From the NCBI GenBank assembly GCA_028023455.1, contig JAQFVV010000009.1, positions 7,378,001 to 7,442,000 on the forward strand: a stretch of DNA of 64,000 nucleotides, given 5' to 3'. How positions within the stretch are numbered: the first letter of the stretch is position 1; each line of letters opens with the position of its first letter. Positions 13,040 to 27,600 of this stretch are shown here, in pieces. Below the pieces are notes generated by a model. That model worked only from the letters and a program-made list of their open reading frames with translations, was not told where the DNA came from and searched no databases. This DNA is from Epiperipatus broadwayi (Eukaryota; Animalia; Onychophora). Position numbers and translations under genes: made by a program.

Positions 13040-15003
13040 TTATATAAAAATAAATGTAGGGAATTTGCTTTACATTATGTATTAAAATTAATAATTGTTA
13101 TTTACTTTTTATATTTAATTTTTTGATAGTAAATGAATGCTTTAAAGATAGGAAGCTTATAATAATGTAAGAAGGGATAAGAAATATAATATTATTTTTA
13201 ATTTGATAAAATTGCTAATCTGTGATGGTTTAATGATTAAAGATGTCATAATATTTCAACTGTATATATATATATATATTGTACCCTGCCAATAGGATGA
13301 TAACCCATGGAAGATATTACAAGTCCATAAATTAGGCTATACTTTTATTTTCTTTAGGTACAATTTTATACTTTTTTTATTTCAGATTATCTTTAATTTA
13401 CACCAGCAATTATAAGACCCAAATATCACATTAAACAAATACCAAAGTATCTGCTCAATGGCATAAGAATAGTAAAATACTTTTACTTATTAAGTATCTA
13501 GATATTTCCATGACTAACAATAATACCTACTATGTTTATAATATCATTTTTACTATATATTTATTATTTTCAATCATTACTACTATTATATCATTATAAT
13601 TAATAATAATAATATAATGAGATCTCAGATTATCACTGATTTTTAATTAACTGTTTATTCAACCTATAAGATATAAAGAGGGGTTTTATTTAATTCTATA
13701 GATAGTTTGTTAATTAAGGAAATGCTAATTACCATAATTTATAATTAAAATTACGTTACTATTTTATGTTTTTATGATCTCTAATACTTTAATAACCACT
13801 TTTATTTCCATTGTAATCATAATATATAATCTCCACAATAAATAATTAATCTGATTTTCTACAAATAAACATACTTTGCCACATTTAGAATATTTACTTC
13901 ATTGATGACTTATGTGATCATGGTAGTTTATAACAACTTAATATATCTTTTAATAGATGTTATTCTTTCATAAGTGTTATACATTATCTTACACCTAAAT
14001 GAAATCTTATTCAAATTTCAAATTATACACTTTAATTAATGTGTATAGTACAATTAATACTCTGAAGATGGTATAGTGATGATGACTCCAAAGAAATGCA
14101 ACTCTAAATACTTAGTTCAACTTATAAACATTAACTTTATTAACATTATTTACAAAATATTTGGATAATTATTTGTAAACTAATAAATAACTTAACCAAT
14201 AGCAATATAAAAATCATTCTATAATAATATCGTACACTAAAATATTTAAACATTCAAACATTTGTATTTCCCTTAATTATAATTACAGATATCTAAAATT
14301 AAATACCCTCTTATCAATCCCTTTTTATATATTTCTATTTATATCCATTATCCCATATATATTCTGTTAACAAATATAATTTATAAACACTTAACAACTT
14401 CAAAGATATAAGATCAAAAAATATGTATTATTATTATTTTTTAAACAAAATCTCATTTTAATATTATGAAATATTCATTTTTTATATCTCGTGACATTTA
14501 TCATTTGATTTCTTTCATTTTGTGTCAATAAAATGGTAATTTAATAATTATTTAAGTATTGATTTTTAATATCCCATTCAACTCTATTTGGTTGTCATCA
14601 AATAGCTGCCTTACGACACCTGAGGGGGTTCTACCTAGCTAAAAGCACATTAAAATGCCATTTACTAGGCATACCTATTAGTAGGCCTACATATATATGC
14701 TATCAGTAATATTATACCGTAACATATGCATATTTTGAGTTACTTTTTCTCGCGACCATTATCTTTTGCAAAAAAAAGTCACTCTTTGACACCTTCAAGA
14801 TGCTTAGCACTTGCTACAAAACTTTCACAATTTACATTTACAGTATTTGTTTTCTTTTGGGATTCTAGAACTGTAGTGTACGTAATTATGCAAATGTTTA
14901 TTTTTAAATTTTTTAACTCGTTTCAATGTATGTGGTACTTATTATTTTAACATTGCAAACAACAATCACTAGAGACATGGTCAATTGTCAGAATGTTGGG
15001 GAA

Positions 15004-15069
15004 GAGTGTTTTTAACAAGCTCTCCGGTGAAGTAATGAGTGTTTTTAACAAGCTCTCCGGTGAAGTAAC
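15004..15069. repeat. 33-bp tandem duplication inside the Merlin element
   Basis: GAGTGTTTTTAACAAGCTCTCCGGTGAAGTAA(T/C) x2. Confidence 0.95.
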
Positions 15070-15124
15070 GTCACTCGTGAGATTTTAGAGTCAAGAATTA
15101 GAAAATGGCACGAGCATAGTCAAA

Positions 15125-15998
15125 ATGTTGACATTTTCAGAATTGCCGGCCACAGAGGCCAAAGCTGGTCATTTTTATAACTTCATTATATACTCCCCTC
15201 TGTGAGGCAGTGTGTTTGCGGAGTGGGTATGGTGTTAAAGAGCTACAAAGGGTATACATTTAAGTACAAGTCACCTGCTTGTTGATGTAGCTGTTCTCTT
15301 TGAAACGGTAGCTTTTTCAAGGGGTTGAGAATTTCTTTGGTCAAAGCATTACAAGTCATCTACTACTGGGCTCATGATGATTTGACAGTCTAATGTGCCC
15401 ATGAGGTGCAAATTTCCAGAGATGTGGTTATCTCTTGGAACGCTGGACTGCGCGAACTGTGCCGAGAGAGTACTGTGTCATCCCTGTATTCAAATAGGTG
15501 GGCCAAATATGACAGTGGAGGTGGATGAGACATTGTTTACATGTCGGAAAAACCACCAGGGGAGGATACTCCCACAGCAGTGGCTATTTGGAGGTATCTG
15601 CTGCAAGACAGGAATGCTTAGCCGTTGCCGCACTCTGCGATAATGTTAAATGTGGCTCCATTGTTATATCAGACTGCTGGAGAGGTTATCAAACATCACA
15701 GCTGGAGAGCGCCAGTTTCCACCATCTCCGAGTAAACCACCGCTACAATTTTGTCGTCCCCACAACAGGTACGCATACCCAGAATATAGAGCGCCAGTGG
15801 GGTTTACTCAAGTGGAAAAATAAGGGGCAGCATGGCACATCCAGAAAAGATATTGACAATTACCTGGCAGAGTTTCTGTGGCATCGCATGTACAGAAGTG
15901 AAGATTTATTCATGTCTATATTAAAAGAAATAAGCGGAAGGCAAGAGCCAGCAGCAGCTGTATCAACATTCTCATCAGGAGAGTGTTCCACTTGTTAA
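15125..15998 (+). pseudogene. Merlin/ISXO2 DDE transposase with stops and frameshifts
   Basis: NGSFF..ISLVKALQVIYYWA, IGGPNMTVEVDETLF..QQWLFGGI, ISDCWRGY, VNHRYNFV..HTQNIERQW and YLAEFLW. Confidence 0.92.
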
Positions 15999-18900
15999 AA
16001 TATATGTTTTGAATATGATTATTCTAATTGTATGCAATAGTTATCTTTTGTGTTTGTTTATTAAAACATTTTATTCGGTCCAAAAAATGTTTTAGTATTA
16101 TTTCTTGAAATATTGACGAGTGAAATAGTTTTCGTTTGTTGACTAAATACACGTTTCTGCTAAGTTAGAACAAGCATAAAATCACTTTTGGGTTTCTAGT
16201 TAATTAAAAAAAAGATCGATATAGTTAAAAAGGAGGGGGTAAAAATCCAATTACAAACAAATTTTATGACTTTTGTGTTTTCTAGTTAATTTAAAAAAAA
16301 GATCGCTATTGTTAAAAAGGAGGGGGGGGGGTCCAATTACAAACTTTTTTTTTTTTTGATTTCAAAAAAAAAAGGTTACTTTTATTTCAAAGAAGTGAAA
16401 TTAACAATGGATTTGCAGGAAAAGTTTATTTTGTAGATAAAAAATATCAAATTAAAAACACATTTAAAAAAAGGCTTTATTTTTAGTTAAAATAAATGAA
16501 ATTAAAAACACATTTATTAAAAGAAAAGGTTATTTTTATATTGGAAAAAAAAATTGCGTGCTATGAATCCTAACATGAAAAAACATCATATCGTGCCAGG
16601 GAATGTATTGAATTGTTTTTGTTTAGCAACAACACCATCATGCAGGATATGGTGGCTATTCGATGACTACCCTTTGAATAAATAAAAAATATTATATACT
16701 CTAAAATATGAAAACTTACTATATCCTGAAATGACTTAAGTTTAAATTTTATTATACTAATTTAAATATTGATATAATACATTTTGGTATATCATAAAAT
16801 AAGAAATCACTATAGTCATTCTATCTAAAACAACTCTCATACTAACACCCTATTTTCAATTTTCCTTGCTTTTATCTCCAATCTATATTTGTTTCTTACA
16901 ATTCTTACCAATAAACTATACAGAATTACAAATAGGGATTAGATATAAATTCACTATAATTAAGTTAAATATGAGATCAAAATTTAAATATCACTCGTTT
17001 CAACAGTACATTTTTCTAGCTTATTGTTTATCTCCATTTATAATCGACATTATTCAAGTAAAATTTTAAATGATTACATTTAAAAATAAGAGAAATTATT
17101 AATTTTTTATACATTTACTTATTCCTCTATATTTATAACAATTATTTAAATTATAAAAATTAAACAATATTCAAACACTATAATACATTTTTTTTTAATT
17201 TTTTTTTTCTTTTAAAACAATACAATTTTATCAAGTTCATCCTTGAGGAGTCTTTAAATTTCTATGATAAGCAAATTGTTTCAAATGCTTCTCACTAACT
17301 AATCGTAATTGTTCAATGACGCCCTCCCCCCCACACTTCTGCTCTTTTTGTTCTCATAATAATATAACAAAAATGCAAAATCCCAACGCATCAAATTATT
17401 TACAATTTAATGTTTTCCTGGACAGTCAAAACTTATTTTCAACTTGCATAATGTATATTTTATTGTAGACTCTTTGCGTTTATTATATTAAAATTTCACA
17501 GATCCAACACTATATTTCAGTATTTGCATTATTCCCCTAAGTGTGCCTTGTAAATTATCCTTTGAATATAATATTCCACACAACATTCTATTTTAATGTA
17601 AATTGATATCCTAATAAAAAAAATATTTTTAATAAACTGAATAAAAAAAATACAATTTTAATTTTATCTGGTATAGACTAAATCGTAAATTCTATAAATT
17701 TTTCATAAAATTAATAAAGTAAAGTTTATTTTATTCATTTTTTAAAAATAAATTAAAATTTCACCAGAAATAGCCATTATTTTATAATATCATATGCTCA
17801 CAAACATGATTACCTATATCTATAGCATATATTTTTATTTATAAGATTACATTTGAATTTCACCGAAATTTCAAATATTCACAATTAATTATTAACAAAT
17901 ATTAAGTTATATTTTATCTCTTATATGCCTTTAAAATAAAGGTCTTAATCAAGATTTATAGTATTTCAAGTTAACTAATCTTGGGTTCAAACCCTAAGAC
18001 AACCAAAAGTAACATTTATCTTTTTTGATTTAATAACTAGATATATTTACTTTATAAAATTTAGAATTGTACTCCCTAAAATTTATTTCCAATTTAATTT
18101 ATGATGGGGTGTATCAATACAAAAGGGTACAATATATATAATTTATAATGTTCTCAATATATATATATATATATATTGCAACCAGTTGGGTTATTAGCTT
18201 CACTAGACAAAAATAATTAGATAGCTGGCAGCATGTTCCTTAGTTTTGAGAATAAAAATTATTTTATTAATGGAGGAAAATATTTAAATGTTCTTAGACC
18301 TATTTTTTAAAGGGTCATTATTTAACTATGATAGTATGAAATTTTTCAAACATTAAATGTATTTAAGAGTATTTTTTAAAAATAAAAAAGGGAAGAGCAA
18401 AATAGGATTTTAATATCTTTGTAAATTTTATTTTTAATTAATCAAAATTGGGTTTTTTTTATATCTAGTGAAAAAGAAAATCAAATCAGTATAATTAACT
18501 GATTATCTTTTTTTGTTGCAAGATTTGGTTTTTTATTATAAAGGAACGTCAAGAATTTTATGTTGCTAAATTTAAGTTCTTGCCTTGTTTTTAATCTATG
18601 ATTAAGGAGATAATTAGCTGAATAATTGTAGTTATAAAATTGTATCTAATTGGTTGATTAGTATTTATAGTACATCATGCCTAAAGAATGACAGGGTGAA
18701 AAGATCGGCCATTTGCTTTTTGGAGCTCTGTTTCCACCAGCTCATAACAATGCCAATCCAGTACTCTCAACACCTAGCCCAGAGACTGTACTGTATCAAG
18801 AAAGCCTGCTAAATGAACTGATTTTATAACTGTCTGTTTCCAGCCATGGAATGTCTACCGATTGGTTAAGGTAATCTCCAATTTGCCACAAGCCTCTGAT

Positions 18901-21029
18901 ACTAGCTTACTTTGTTTTCTAAATCAATATTAATTTGTATTTTATATATATCTGTAATGTTTATACAACTTAATTTTAAAATGTGTCTTTTAATTTTTTT
19001 CCTTAAATTTAAAATTATTAATTCTTATAAAAATCCCACATTACTTTGATGCAGCAAATTTATCTTAATTTTCTTTTTTTTTTTTTTTGTTGGTTTATTT
19101 GTAATATTGACTTACTGAAACTGCCAAGCATAAAACTCAATGAGTAAATAACTTTAAACTCTCTCCCTCTTATTTTCTCTAGTTAAAAATCATTTCAGGA
19201 GAATTCTTTCCATTAAATTAATTAATAGAGAAAACTAGTTTAGTTTTGTACCTCATATTATAAATTTATTTTTAAATGATTGAAATTATTTTAAAAGTTA
19301 GGTATTTTATTATTATTTCCAACTTAAAATTGTCCTCGTAATTATCTCTGAGAGAATAATATATTTTATTAAATCATTTAAGTAAAATCTGTCCCAATTT
19401 CTGTAAACCAAATATCTTAAAAGAGAATCATCCAGTTATCATAGCAGATTTATATCAACTACTAACAGTATATATTTCATACATATATATTTTCATTTGT
19501 GTCAGTAAAATATTAAAATTGTATGTACAATTTATTATGCTATATGTTGTAATACTTCACCATAAGTGAGTTTGTTATTCAAGGTCCGATGAATTATTTG
19601 ATAAATTACCAATAAATGAGATATTTGGGAAGTGTGGAAAACAATTTATTCTTTTAAGTTTTAATTCTTTTCTTTCCTTTTATATTATAATTTATGATCC
19701 ATTCATTAATGACCCAAGGTTTCTGTGGACATTCTATTATGTCAGAGAGCCGATTATTTTAATCAGGAATTTATTATGATCGTTAGTGATACACTATCTA
19801 TATATATGTCTAGGGTATTATGTAATTTATAGTTACAATCATTTCTTTATTATTGTTATTCTTGCTTTGCTATATACCTCTCAGGACCTTCGGAAGTTTA
19901 AATATGACCAGTCCAATCTTTGACTTACCCTTAATAGTAGACGTATTTCCTACTAGGGATCCTTTTCCAGGCATTGCCATTAAGATGTGTATGGGAAGTC
20001 CAGCACATCAAATCTATTAGTATTATTCAGAGACATGTTTTGGCTGGAAAACCAGCATTTCTCATCATCTACCTGTATATACCAGGGATTTCTTTTAGCA
20101 AAGCCACCCAGAAGTTCGTAACAGACCTCATTTGTTTTTTTGTTGTAATCTATAACAGGATACTGCCTTCATCATTTTATATCTTTATTTACCAAACCTG
20201 AAATGCTCTCTGCCATGATGGCACATCTTTCACCAACCAATCCCGTTAATTAGTTAAATCTGATTATCTAATTTATTTAAGATGAACTATTTTGTTTTCT
20301 GCACTCATTACATACAACTGATTTAAATGTAATAGTGTTTTAAATACACATCGCTCATGTCTTGTTATCTATATATATAATAGATTTATTTGTAATCTCT
20401 TAAAGACAGCTAGTGATATTTTATTGCTGATTGGTTCTTGGCAGACCAATTAACAAATTTTGACTTTTATTTATCAAATGCCTTGCATTTAGCTTCATCA
20501 AAATGAATTTACATCTTAATTGGATCACAATTGCCTACTAAATTGAAATGTTCAAATATTTCTTTAATTTAAAATTTATTTAATGTACTTAATGAGTATT
20601 TAAAGTATGTAATTGTGAATTCAAGAAGTATAACCTAGTCATATAAATAAAACTCAACTTATTTTGTACTGCCAATAACTCAATTTCTTAATAAATTCCT
20701 GTAATATTATTATTTTAAATTAGCTTAGTTTGTCATTTCATTAGTAGTCAATATCAAATCACATCTGTACCGTCAGAATTTCATCAAATCATTAATTTCT
20801 TATATAAACCCTTTATTATTTTGAGTCTCTTTGTGAACCATAACCTCCAGCTGGGACGGAATAAAACCAAGGACTTCTAGAGTCATCACAAATATCATCC
20901 ATTAGTCAGAGAGGCAAGAGTTCAGGCAAATAGATTGGGATTCACCATTGCCCTGACATCTGTATCTTGTGCATGGTTGGATTCAAGGTACTTTTGCTTG
21001 GATTATTGGTCTTGTTTAATGAACACACG

Positions 21030-24000
21030 ATTTTGACCGGCACAGAGTTCACAATAGCAAAAAACTGCAAATGGCACACACATACTTGTTATAATTGTGG
21101 AAGGAAACAACATCTAGTATCAGTCTGCAGAAATCCAAAAACTCAAGAGAAACAACATACGGAATATGAAGTTAAAAAAAATGTGTGCGCACAAACCCAA
21201 AAACAATGCATGATTACATGAACATATGTGGAAAAGACATAGAAAAGAGATAGTCGCTCAGCAATATCACTCTTATCAGAAGAAAAATGGAATGGTATTA
21301 CCAGAGGGCATAAGGGATGCATAATACAGAAAATGAACATTAGAGTCAAAGATGTCAGCGGAAACGCAATAATAGTAAAAGGAAAATCTGAAATCCCAAT
21401 TAGGTACAAAGAAGGAATGTTGCACCTACCTATTTATATAGTAAAAGGAAACATAGCCCTGATAAATAGGAAGAGAATGGTTCGATCAGCTAGGAATTAC
21501 TGTAACAATTATAAAGATGTCGTTTGAACAAGAATACATTAAAACTTATCCAGAACTTTTTTCAGAAAAATAGGAGTTTTCAAATCACCCCCAGTAGACA
21601 TAGATTTAAGTGAAAATGCCCAACCAATTGTATGCAAACCCCAAAAGATTCCATTTGCACAGCACGAAAAAGTAAAACAAAAAATTCAGAAATTAGTAAG
21701 CGAGTTTTGATGCCAGTAGAAGATGCACAATGGGCCACACCGATCATAATAGTAACAAAGCCAAATGGACAGGTTAGAATTTGTGGGGATTACCGAGTAA
21801 CGGTAAATTTTTATCCAAAGGGGTGTATCCAGTTCCGAACGTTCGCGAGCTTTTAGCAGGTTTAGCCAATGAAAATTTTTTCGCGAAGTTAGATTTAAAT
21901 GCCACGTATCATCAAATTATAACTAATAAAACAAGTCAAATGTTAACACTGACCACGCCTTTCGGTCTTCAATGCAATAAGATACCTTTCGGGGTGACGA
22001 CAGCACTTAACATTTTTCAGGCAAAATTCAACACATTATTGCATGGAATACAGGGAGTGATGCCATATTACGATGATTTTTTGGTCATGGCCACAACAGA
22101 AAGTGGGCTACATAAATGATTAACTAGAGTATGTAATAAAATTAAAAGATGCCGGTCTCAAACTAAACAAAGAAAAATGCATATGGAAAACGCAAGAATT
22201 AGAATTTCTTGGACACATGATTTCTAACAACGGAAAAAGACCGATGAAAGATAAAGTGCGAGCGGTCAAAAATGTGCAGAGACCCAAAAATGTAAAACAA
22301 TTGCAACCTTTTTTAGGTCTTATTAATTTTTTTGAAATTTTTTTAAAAAGCAAAGCAATGGTGGCAAATCCTTTGTATCAGTTGTTAAGAAAAGGACAAA
22401 AATGGAATGGACACAAATACATGAAACGTTTGAAAGAACAAAATAACTATTTTCTGCAGATACACTATTGACACATTTTGATAACACGTTAGAAGTAAGA
22501 ATTACAATGGACATGTTTGAAATATGTGTGGGAGCGGTTTTGGCACACCCAATGGAAAATGGCGAATGCTGACTGCATACACATCAAGAACATTATCGGA
22601 GGCAGAACACAACTATAGTCAGATAGACAAAGAGGCTTTAGCGATAATCTTTGCACTAAGAAAATATCACTTTATTTTTGGTAGACCTTTTCAAATCTTA
22701 CAGATCATAAACCTTTCATAGCAATATTAGGTAATGATAGGCAGACTCCAGAACATCTAAGCCCATGCATGTTAAGATGGCAGAATATACTGGCTGCATA
22801 TGACTATGTACTGATTTATAAATGAGGGAAAGAAATAGCTCATGCCGATGCTCTATCAAGATTGCCTGACATAGATGAAACAGGAAAGGAAGCATTAGAA
22901 ATTAATTACATTGATGTGATGAAATCAAACAGATTAAATAGCAAAACTGTGGAAAGGTGGACAAAAGAAGACAAGGGATATAAAAAATAGATAGATTGGA
23001 TTAGAAATGAATGGCCAGAAAGCAAATCAAGTTATGTAGCGAATGGGATTTGGTTAAATAGACAACAGTTATCTATATGTAAAGGATGTCTTGTAATGGG
23101 TGATAGATTGCTAATACCAACTGCAGGCAGAGAAGCAGTGCTGAAATTACTACATGAAAGACATCCAGGAATAGTGCGAGCTAAAGCTCTGTCTCGTAGT
23201 TATGTATGGTGGCCAAGAGTTAATGAAGACATCGAACACTATATCAAGAAATGCTCTGCATGCCAAACACATGCTGCAGTACTGCAAAAGAACCTGACCA
23301 CATGGCAGCTAGCAAAGAAACCCTGGGAGAGAGTACACATGGACCATGCTGGACTAGTAGATGGGAAAATCCTGTTGATACTCATAGATGCACACTCCAG
23401 ATGGATTGAAGCATATAAAGTACAAGACACGACAGCAAATGAAGCAATCAAATGCCTTAAAAACATTTTTGCGATTCATAGGTACCTGGAAGTTTTAGTA
23501 TCTGAGGTGCTGCATTCACCAGAACGGAAATGCAACAATTTTGTGAAGAACATGATATACAACAAATGTAGTCACCACCATACCATCCTCAATCAAAGGG
23601 TCTGCTGAAAATGCCGTACAACAAGTGAAACAAAACTTGAACAAAACAGGAACAAAAAATATACAAGAAGCGCTACAAGTGTTCATGATGGCTCAGCACA
23701 CAACACCATCAATGGCATCTGGTAAATCACCAGCAGAAATACTATGCGGATGAAAATTGAGAAAATTAACTGCATTATATCCCAAAGAGAGCAACATAAT
23801 ACAACATGACAAAATGGATAAAGAATTTACCAACCAAGAACCAGTCTGGTTTAGAGACATATTAAGGAAGATATGGATACAGAAATGATTAAACAATGGA
23901 TGTCAAACAAGATATATGAAATAAATGGTCCAAATGAAAGAATATATAGAAGACGCATAAACTACATGTGAAAAAGAGTAGTAGATGAAGGGCAATGGGA

Positions 24001-24647
24001 TTGGAGACCAAACAAGGATAAGATGATTGACCCTGAGAGGGATAGAAATAATAGTACAGGGAAAGAGGAAGAAGAGAGACAAATAGCAACAGAAGCAAAT
24101 AGTGAAAAAGACGGAGACAAACAAGAACAACAATACGAGAATAAGTCACCCAGGCCCACAAGAAATAGACATACACCTGAACGATTCAAAGGCTATGTTT
24201 AATGTAAATATTTCTATTTCTGAAATGAAGGGAGGAAGTGAAATGATTGATAAAAGAAAAACAAAAATTTCTGAAGTGAAATTATGGACATAAATTATTT
24301 GTTTCAAATGAGTGAAAATATGTAAAATGGATTATTGAAGAAAAGAATTATGGATAGAGAAATTGATAACAAGACAGACCATAGAGAAGTAGTGAGAACA
24401 TATTGATTGGTGGAAATACAGAAGAATGGACCATTAGAGTAACAGGAGAATCGAGCCAATGAACAGGTAAATCCATCAAGGTGTGAAGATACGTCACACA
24501 GCAAATAAAGACTTTTTTTAAATACGTATTGTAGTGTAATCCGTTTTAAAATTAGCGTGTACTTGGAATAATTTTTTTTTTTGAATAAACCTATATATTG
24601 TTGTAAATAATAAAATGGAGTAAAGGTTTTTTTTTTAATACACGACA
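21030..24647 (+). mobile_element. Ty3/gypsy (Mag-like) LTR retrotransposon, 5'-truncated and degenerate
   Basis: gag knuckle CYNCGRKQHLVSVC; RT WATPIIIVTKPNGQVRICGDY and YYDDFL; RNase H YTSRTLSEAEHNYSQIDKEALAI; integrase HERHPGI..WWP..CSAC and PWERVHMDHAG. Domain order is RT-RH-IN. Confidence 0.95.
24239..24647 (+). repeat. 3' LTR preceded by a polypurine tract
   Basis: PPT GAAGGGAGGAAG (24227-24238) is directly followed by TG. The region ends ACGACA at 24647 with AATAAA upstream. No second copy lies in the window, so the right end is inferred. Confidence 0.65.
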
Positions 24648-27600
24648 TATGTATGTGATGAATAATAATTCACATTTTTATAAGTAGTGGTATTCTGTTT
24701 TTGACAAAGATGTTATTTTTATTGTCTGCATACTTTATTCAAGTATTGTTTTTATTCTATTTCACTTGGAATTTCTTCAACAGATATAAATCATTGGCAA
24801 CTATAAGATAACTTTAGGTTTCTCATTGACACATATATAACAATAATTTCTTTTAAAGATAATAGAGTATTTTTTTCAAAAATAATATCTCAGTATATCT
24901 AGTTACTTGTGCTTCAAATGAAAATTCTGGCTTATTCTGAACAAAGATTAATTTTTTATTATCTTTGCCAGCTATATAATATTTTAATAAATTTCATCAA
25001 TTAATACAATGGAACAACATTGGTATTAAACAATACTAATTATCATTTTTTCTTCATGTTTACATATATAACCCTAGAGCACATTATTGTTGTTAGTGCA
25101 ATGTTAAATGTAAAAATAGAAGGGTAGTGTGATACTTTGATATAATTTAAGAGGATTACTATTTATTTTCTCTCATTTTCACATCACAAAGAATTATTTG
25201 TATCATTTCAGCACTTCTGGCTTGGCTTTTTGTCTTAGAGATTATCATTGGAGATTTTTTAAAAAAATGCCCATCTGGCATTTATCTTGAATGTATTGTT
25301 TTTTATTGGTGATGAATGATATATATCTCCATTATCTTATATTGTCAGCAATCAATTTAGTCATTATAGTTTTAATTTTGTTCATGTTTAGTTACAGTTA
25401 TCTTTATTTTTCATTATAAAGTATCTTCATTAACATCTACAGACATAGTGATGTGAATATATTGAAGATTTCTCTGCTTTCACTCCAATCTTGTACAAGT
25501 TAGATAAATATGAGAAATATGTTGCTTTGCCTAATTAAAACATTTTAATCCAGTATGAAGAGTTGTTATAAAAATTATAAAATTTCGTCCATTCATTTTT
25601 TTTTTAATAACACAGTAAATTGAATATGGTCAATGTTCTTTAATCACATGAGTAAAGACATCTAAAAAGATAAAAGATCCTAATATGTATTCATCAATTG
25701 GCCTAGATTATAATCTAATGTTTTCATTATCCTTGTTTAGTAGTTATCAATATCAAACTATTACAATTTGTTGTGATGATACCAAATTTATTCCACACAC
25801 AACTACAATACCATCCTCAGAGAAATACTGTAATGATTATTATTAATTATTTTTAGATTAGAAATTATATTTTTTATCACTGATATAAAGATGAATATAT
25901 CATTATTAAATATAACCATATGAAATAATTCAACTCTATTCCACTTTTTTCTATGTATAATGATATAACTTTGATTTTACATCATATACTTTAATTAAAG
26001 ATTAATAATAATCATTTAAAGTATTAATCTGGTAAGAATATCATGGTTGTGTGTGCAGTAAGTTTGTGTCTTCCAAAAATTATAATCATTTAATAAACAT
26101 TATAATGATAAATAAGATTGTAACTTGGGTCAACTGATGACAACTGGCATGTTGGGAATTGTTTACTTTTTCAGATATTTATTTATGTGATTACAGTTTA
26201 TGTTGTAAAATGAAAGTTACAAATATATTATCACTCATGGGAAAAAATGGAAATGAATTAATTATTTCACATGGTTGTGTTTATTAATTATAAATATATT
26301 CATTGTTAATTAAAGTTAAAATGTAAATCTGGGTTAAAATATAAGGTTGTTGTCATAGTTTGTGTATGTGCAGAAATTTTGCCATCTATATAATAAATTG
26401 TAATAAAAGGTATTAATACTTTTCAGATTTTTATTTTTGTGACATTACAATGTTTTTCAATCATTTCTAAATCGTTTTGTATTTCTACTTTTGGTACATG
26501 TCTTTAATCTTTGCTGAATGATCTTCAGCATAATATATTAGAAAGTAATCATTACAAGATTAATAGTCTTTGCATTTTTTATATCTTTGGATTTGATATT
26601 GCATTATCTAATTTAATCTGTAATCCACCGAACAGTTCTCCAAATTTGCTGACATAATATGATAGACAATTTAATGGATTATTTAATGATTTTAGAATTT
26701 ATAATACAATTTCAACAAATTATTTTGGCTTTCCTCTTCAGAAAATAGATGTAATATAATTGAATTCCATTACTGAAAATTTATTTATGCAATTGATCTT
26801 ACTAAAAATATGTTCATGTGACTAATCTTATTAAAAATATATTCTTATTGTTATTACTTCACTTGTATTATATCAATCATTGACATTTCTTGAAATAATC
26901 TGGACAAGTGGCTTTCAAAAGTTTGACTTTGCCAAGAAATGTAGATAGTGATCACACAATTTTTTTTATTAAAGGCATAAATTATGGAATACAATAACTA
27001 ATGAGATATATTAGAATAAGTTATCTAATTGAAGATTCTGTCCTGAAGTCATCTAAGCAATGTACTTAAAATTTTTGAGTTTTGTATAATATCATGTGCA
27101 ATTTACTGCTGTAAATCATCTAGTCATCAACAAATTTGCTCTTTCTTTCAATCTTATAGAGTTTTAAATATATATATATATTTGTAAATATAATTGTAAT
27201 ATGGCTTCATGTTTTTGATTCAGTTTCTATAGAATTTTTTTGCTCCTAATGGCTTCATGTTTTTTATCAGTTTCTTTAGAATTTTTTCCCTCATAATTTT
27301 ACTTTGTTTGCCATTGTTTTTTGGCAACTATTTTGATTTTTTTCATTTAGATGACTTTATCTCTTATTATTTAGATTAAAAATTGATAACTATTGTTCTT
27401 CAAAGCTACCTGTTTGTTATCTAGTTTTATCAAGGATAGTGGATAACCTTATTCTCTTTTAACTTTGCTCAATTTATGATCAGTTGCATATGATTTTCTA
27501 TGAAATGTTTGTATTTATAATGGATAGGAATGAGAATGTTTGATATTTTTGACTTCTTTTTGTGATATATACTGATAGGGAAATATAATATATATATATT

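Larger units (their letters stand above)
14590..16671 (+). mobile_element. Merlin (IS1016/ISXO2-like) DNA transposon with degenerate 21-bp TIRs
   Basis: The left end GGTTGTCATCAAATAGCTGCC matches the reverse complement of the right end GGTAGTCATCGAATAGCCACC at 17/21 positions. The internal transposase is recognisable. No TSD recognisable. Confidence 0.8.

Noticed and set aside
18835-18880. Possible 27-nt exon (TTTCCAG|..AAG|GTAATC)
   Set aside because: No homology or partner exon.
19900-20240. Possible CR1/L2 ORF1 remnant (NRFDVL, GSLVG) on the minus strand
   Set aside because: Only two short motifs in different frames.
26130-26160. CTGATGA-CAAC..GTTG-GGAA hammerhead-like string
   Set aside because: GAAA is broken, there is no NUH or stem I, and no family context.
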